Part shown: one piece after another, positions 38,079 through 41,421 of the stretch | How positions within the stretch are numbered: the first letter of the stretch is position 1 | How the letters are laid out: each line of letters begins with the position of its first letter | Sequence record: SRR31156797_135 | DNA length: 41,421 bases | Reading direction: 5' to 3' (one strand) | The notes under the pieces: model-generated | Told to the model about the DNA's origin: nothing | The model's input: only the letters and a program-made list of their open reading frames with translations | Databases searched by the model: none | Translations under genes and position numbers: made by a program

Positions 38079-38138
38079 GTTTCAAGTTTCAGGTTTCAGG
38101 TTGGAACATGGAACTTGAAACTTGAAACTTGGAACTTG
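38079..38138. repeat. inverted pair of 7-bp arrays (GTTTCAR x3 / RAACTTG x5) able to form a hairpin
   Basis: GTTTCAA GTTTCAG GTTTCAG GTTG GAACATG GAACTTG AAACTTG AAACTTG GAACTTG. Confidence 0.85.
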
Positions 38139-38193
38139 TTCCATAAATCTTTCGAAAATAAAACTCTACATTTACATTCTAAAAATTAAAAAT

Positions 38194-38406
38194 ATGGAAG
38201 GACAAAAGCGTGCAAATATACAAGCTGGAATTGAGGTAGGAATTGTCCTCAAAGAAGATCAACGATCAGGAAAAATAACCAAAGGAACTGTAAAACAAAT
38301 TCTAACAAATAGCTCCCATCATCCACATGGTATTAAAGTCAGGTTGACTTCAGGGCAGGTTGGCAGAGTGAAAGAGATTTACAAAACGCCAGAGAAAGAG
38401 GCTTAA
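38194..38406 (+). CDS. YwbE-family protein (DUF2196)
   Basis: IVLKEDQRSG..T.G.V..ILTNS..HPHGIKVRL..GQVGRV; ATG at 38194 because the longer ORF starts inside a repeat. Confidence 0.9.
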   Translation: MEGQKRANIQAGIEVGIVLKEDQRSGKITKGTVKQILTNSSHHPHGIKVRLTSGQVGRVKEIYKTPEKEA

Positions 38407-38805
38407 CAAACTTACTACGTTGTTGCCTTATAAACTATTTCTATTAATAAAAAATAGAAATTAAAGTCTTCCTAAAACAATATAAGCGCTAAAAAATCAT
38501 ATAGACAGTGACTTTCAACTTAAAAACTTACTCCATATCATTCCTCAAATTACCGTCAAATTTAACTACTCGTTATTTGACTCCCTTATTCCCCATCAAA
38601 AACTACCCTGCCAAAACAAAGAAAAATTCTCTATATTTATAATTTCAAGTCGGTTATCTTTAAAGCTTATACATAAAAACCTTAAGATAGGGACAAGTAT
38701 TACCGTTTTAGATTTTGCAAAGATTATTATTAATAATTTAATGAGCTATCAATGAGCAGGCAGATTAATTTGAAACATTTATATTAACTTAAAAACAAGT
38801 GAATT

Positions 38806-39033
38806 ATGGGCTTATTTAATTTTTCAAAGAAAAAGAATGTAATAGCTTATTGCTATGGATGTGACAAAAAAATATATGAAGGCGAAAAGTACGGTCACGA
38901 CAATGAACCGGGAAGCATACAACTAGGTGGTTATTACTTTTGCGGAAAATGTATTGACAGTCAGGATTTTGGCAATGATATTTGCATGTTTACAGACGGC
39001 CAGCAAAGGTATCGCCTGAAAGTTTACAGATAA
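38806..39033 (+). CDS. small putative zinc-binding protein (75 aa)
   Basis: MGLFNFSKKK N-terminus; CYGC and CGKC motifs. Confidence 0.65.
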   Translation: MGLFNFSKKKNVIAYCYGCDKKIYEGEKYGHDNEPGSIQLGGYYFCGKCIDSQDFGNDICMFTDGQQRYRLKVYR

Positions 39034-39518
39034 AAAAAACATATCTCTTCTGAAAATAAATACATTGTTGATGGAACTATTCGCTATAGTTACCATTTGC
39101 TATGTTATACCCATTTAAATAGTGTTAAATCCCCTTGCATTTGGACAACGTTGAAAGGTAAAGCCTAAAACCTCTGCGTTGTCCATTCGATTGAACCTGC
39201 AAATTTATTATCAAAATATGATAACAGATGCCTTATTTGGAGTCTGCTAACGATTCAGTCTGCTATGAAAGAAATACACATAAATTCGAGACATTGCAAT
39301 TCCCACAACCCAATAAACTTATTACTAAATGTGATACCAAGGTGCTAAAAGACTTTTAAAATATGTAATCTGAGTAAATTCATCGCTTTTTATTTATCTG
39401 TCAATATCTTATCACACTTTTTTGAAAAAACATTACCACAATACATTCAGATTACAATTCATGATTTCCTTCCTTTTCTAACTAAGAATTAGTATCTTGA
39501 TCAAATTATAATAAACTC

Positions 39519-41234
39519 GTGAATCCAAAACCAACACATATCAAGTCTAAACTAGAAAAATCTCTATATAACAAAGATTTGAAACTTGAACGACTGCTAG
39601 CCTTATTCAACAATTCAACCGTAGGCATGGCTATTTGTACCCTTGAAGGCCAATATCTTAGTGTCAATGAGCAATTCACAAAAATTTGTGGCTATTCGGA
39701 AAATGAACTAGTCAATATGACAATTAAGGAACTAACTCACCCCGATGATATTGATTCAGAACTAGAGGAACTAGCTAGTTTATTTGCTGGAAAGCAAAAC
39801 AGCTTTCAAATGGAGAAACGTTACATTACCAAGACAAAACAAATCATTTGGGTGAACATCATGATTTCAATTGTATTGGATGATGATAATAATCCTGACG
39901 TTATCATTGGCACAGTTGAGGATATTACAGATAAAAAGAAAACATTTGATGAGCTGGAGAAAAGCAAATCTGATTATAAAAATGCACTAAAACTATTACA
40001 GTCTATTCAGGATGCGATACCTGATGTCATTGGTGTACAAGACACCGAGCATAGAATGATTCAATACAACCGTGCCGGGTACGAAATGCTAAATAAAACG
40101 CATAAAGAAATTGTAGGGGAAAAATGCTATGAACTAATTGGCCGTAAAGAACAATGCGAAGTATGCTCCACTGCTGAAGCCATTAGAACCAGAAAACGAG
40201 CCGGACATGTACAGTATTTTCCCGAAATGAATACCTGGCTAGATACCAGATCATATCCCATTTTTAATGATGATGGAGAAATAATTTACATTGTAGAGCA
40301 TCTCAGAGATATAACCGACTACAAAAAACTCGAATTAGAACTTAAGAATACAAATAAGGAGCTTACCAAGCATAAGGATAACCTGGAACTACTTGTTAAA
40401 GAACGAACTAAAGATTTAGAAGAGGCAAATCACCAACTACAAGAAATAAATGAAGAGATAAAAACTAAAAATGCTATTATCAACGAAAGAAACGAAGAAC
40501 TCAACCAAACTTTAACTAATCTCAAAGAAACACAAGCTCAATTGTTTCAGGCTGAAAAAATGGCCACCCTTGGTACCCTTACTGCAGGCGTAGCACACGA
40601 AATAAACAACCCGCTTAATTATTTAATGGGATCATATGTGGGACTGTTAAGATATTTTGAAGAGAATAAAAGTGTAGATTCTAAAAAAACAAATTTATTA
40701 CTTCAAAGCATTAAACTTGGCATTGAAAGAATTTCAAATATTACAAAAAGCTTAAATCAATTTAGCAGGAACAATGAATCCCTGGATGAAAGCTGCAATA
40801 TTCATTCTATTTTGGATAATTGCTTTGAGATGCTTCAAAACAAAATAAAAGGAAATATTGAAGTCAATAAAATTTATGCTAAAACTCCGGTTTTAGTAAA
40901 AGGAAACGTTGGTAAGCTACACCAGGCATTTCTAAATATCATTACAAACGCCGTACAGGCCATTATTGAAAAAGGAAACATTGATGCAACTACAGAAGTA
41001 AGTGGCACCAAAGCTATCATCACCATTGCAGACAACGGAAAAGGTATTGATAAAGAACATATTAACCAAATTACTGACCCATTTTTCACCACTAAAAACC
41101 CTGGTGAAGGCACAGGCTTAGGCCTATCTATAACCGAAACCATTATAAGAGAGCATTCAGGTAAAATAATCTTTGATTCAGAGTTGAATAAAGGAACTAA
41201 TGTGATAATTACGCTACCCCTGAAACAGAAGTAA
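39519..41234 (+). CDS. cytoplasmic two-PAS sensor histidine kinase (NtrB-like)
   Basis: THPDD...EKRY PAS, second PAS with CYEL...CEVC, coiled coil, AHEINNPL, DNGKG, PFFTTK, GTGLGL; GTG start. Confidence 0.92.
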   Translation: MNPKPTHIKSKLEKSLYNKDLKLERLLALFNNSTVGMAICTLEGQYLSVNEQFTKICGYSENELVNMTIKELTHPDDIDSELEELASLFAGKQNSFQMEKRYITKTKQIIWVNIMISIVLDDDNNPDVIIGTVEDITDKKKTFDELEKSKSDYKNALKLLQSIQDAIPDVIGVQDTEHRMIQYNRAGYEMLNKTHKEIVGEKCYELIGRKEQCEVCSTAEAIRTRKRAGHVQYFPEMNTWLDTRSYPIFNDDGEIIYIVEHLRDITDYKKLELELKNTNKELTKHKDNLELLVKERTKDLEEANHQLQEINEEIKTKNAIINERNEELNQTLTNLKETQAQLFQAEKMATLGTLTAGVAHEINNPLNYLMGSYVGLLRYFEENKSVDSKKTNLLLQSIKLGIERISNITKSLNQFSRNNESLDESCNIHSILDNCFEMLQNKIKGNIEVNKIYAKTPVLVKGNVGKLHQAFLNIITNAVQAIIEKGNIDATTEVSGTKAIITIADNGKGIDKEHINQITDPFFTTKNPGEGTGLGLSITETIIREHSGKIIFDSELNKGTNVIITLPLKQK

Positions 41235-41349
41235 CACACTGAAAAGAAAACTGGAAACTATCAGCAATGATCTCAAGCAATCTTTTGTGTTATAAATCGA
41301 AGACTTTACAAACCTAAGTCCTATATTTATTGATAGTAGATAACAAATT

Positions 41350-41421
41350 TCCAATATCTAATATCAAACATCCAAGATCTAATATCCACCCTTCGACCTT
41401 TCGACTTCGCTCAAGGACCTC
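41350..41421. repeat. TCTAATA-type heptamer array followed by a REP-like repeat identical to the window start
   Basis: TCCAATA TCTAATA TCAAACA TCCAAGA TCTAATA then CCTTCGACCT TTCGACTTCGCTCAAGGACCTC. Confidence 0.85.

Noticed and set aside
38122-38193. N-terminal extension of the YwbE-family ORF
   Set aside because: The TTG start lies inside the heptamer repeat; family-like sequence begins at the ATG at 38194
1-41421. Complete circular plasmid or phage
   Set aside because: No replication, partition, integrase or virion genes; the content is chromosomal and the terminal match is a short repeat

Overview
AT-rich chromosomal segment from a Bacteroidota bacterium (SusC/SusD pair, T9SS C-terminal sorting domains, TAnnTTTG-like promoter). 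I found no rRNA, tRNA, CRISPR array, integrase, transposase or phage genes. Left third: housekeeping/accessory genes (TM1410/GH114-like lipoprotein, msrB, arfB, cobO, comB-like phosphatase, amidase, acyltransferase, secreted protease, hybrid kinase, DtxR-like regulator). The best candidate for an undescribed system is the minus-strand cluster at 11.7-16.9 kb: an enoyl-CoA hydratase, two tandem paralogous 619-aa FabH(KAS III)-SDR fusion proteins (both with intact Cys-His-Asn condensing triads, only one with an intact reductase triad) and a secreted protein. Centre: K+ channel and a MacAB-like ABC exporter divergent from a sigma54-type two-component system. Right: a LacI-controlled SusC/SusD locus with two T9SS-secreted LamG proteins, one carrying a PNGase F-like domain, then small accessory genes and a PAS kinase. 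Degenerate 7-bp tandem arrays recur in intergenic regions, and the window begins and ends with the same 22 bp. All family assignments come from motif recognition, not database searches.
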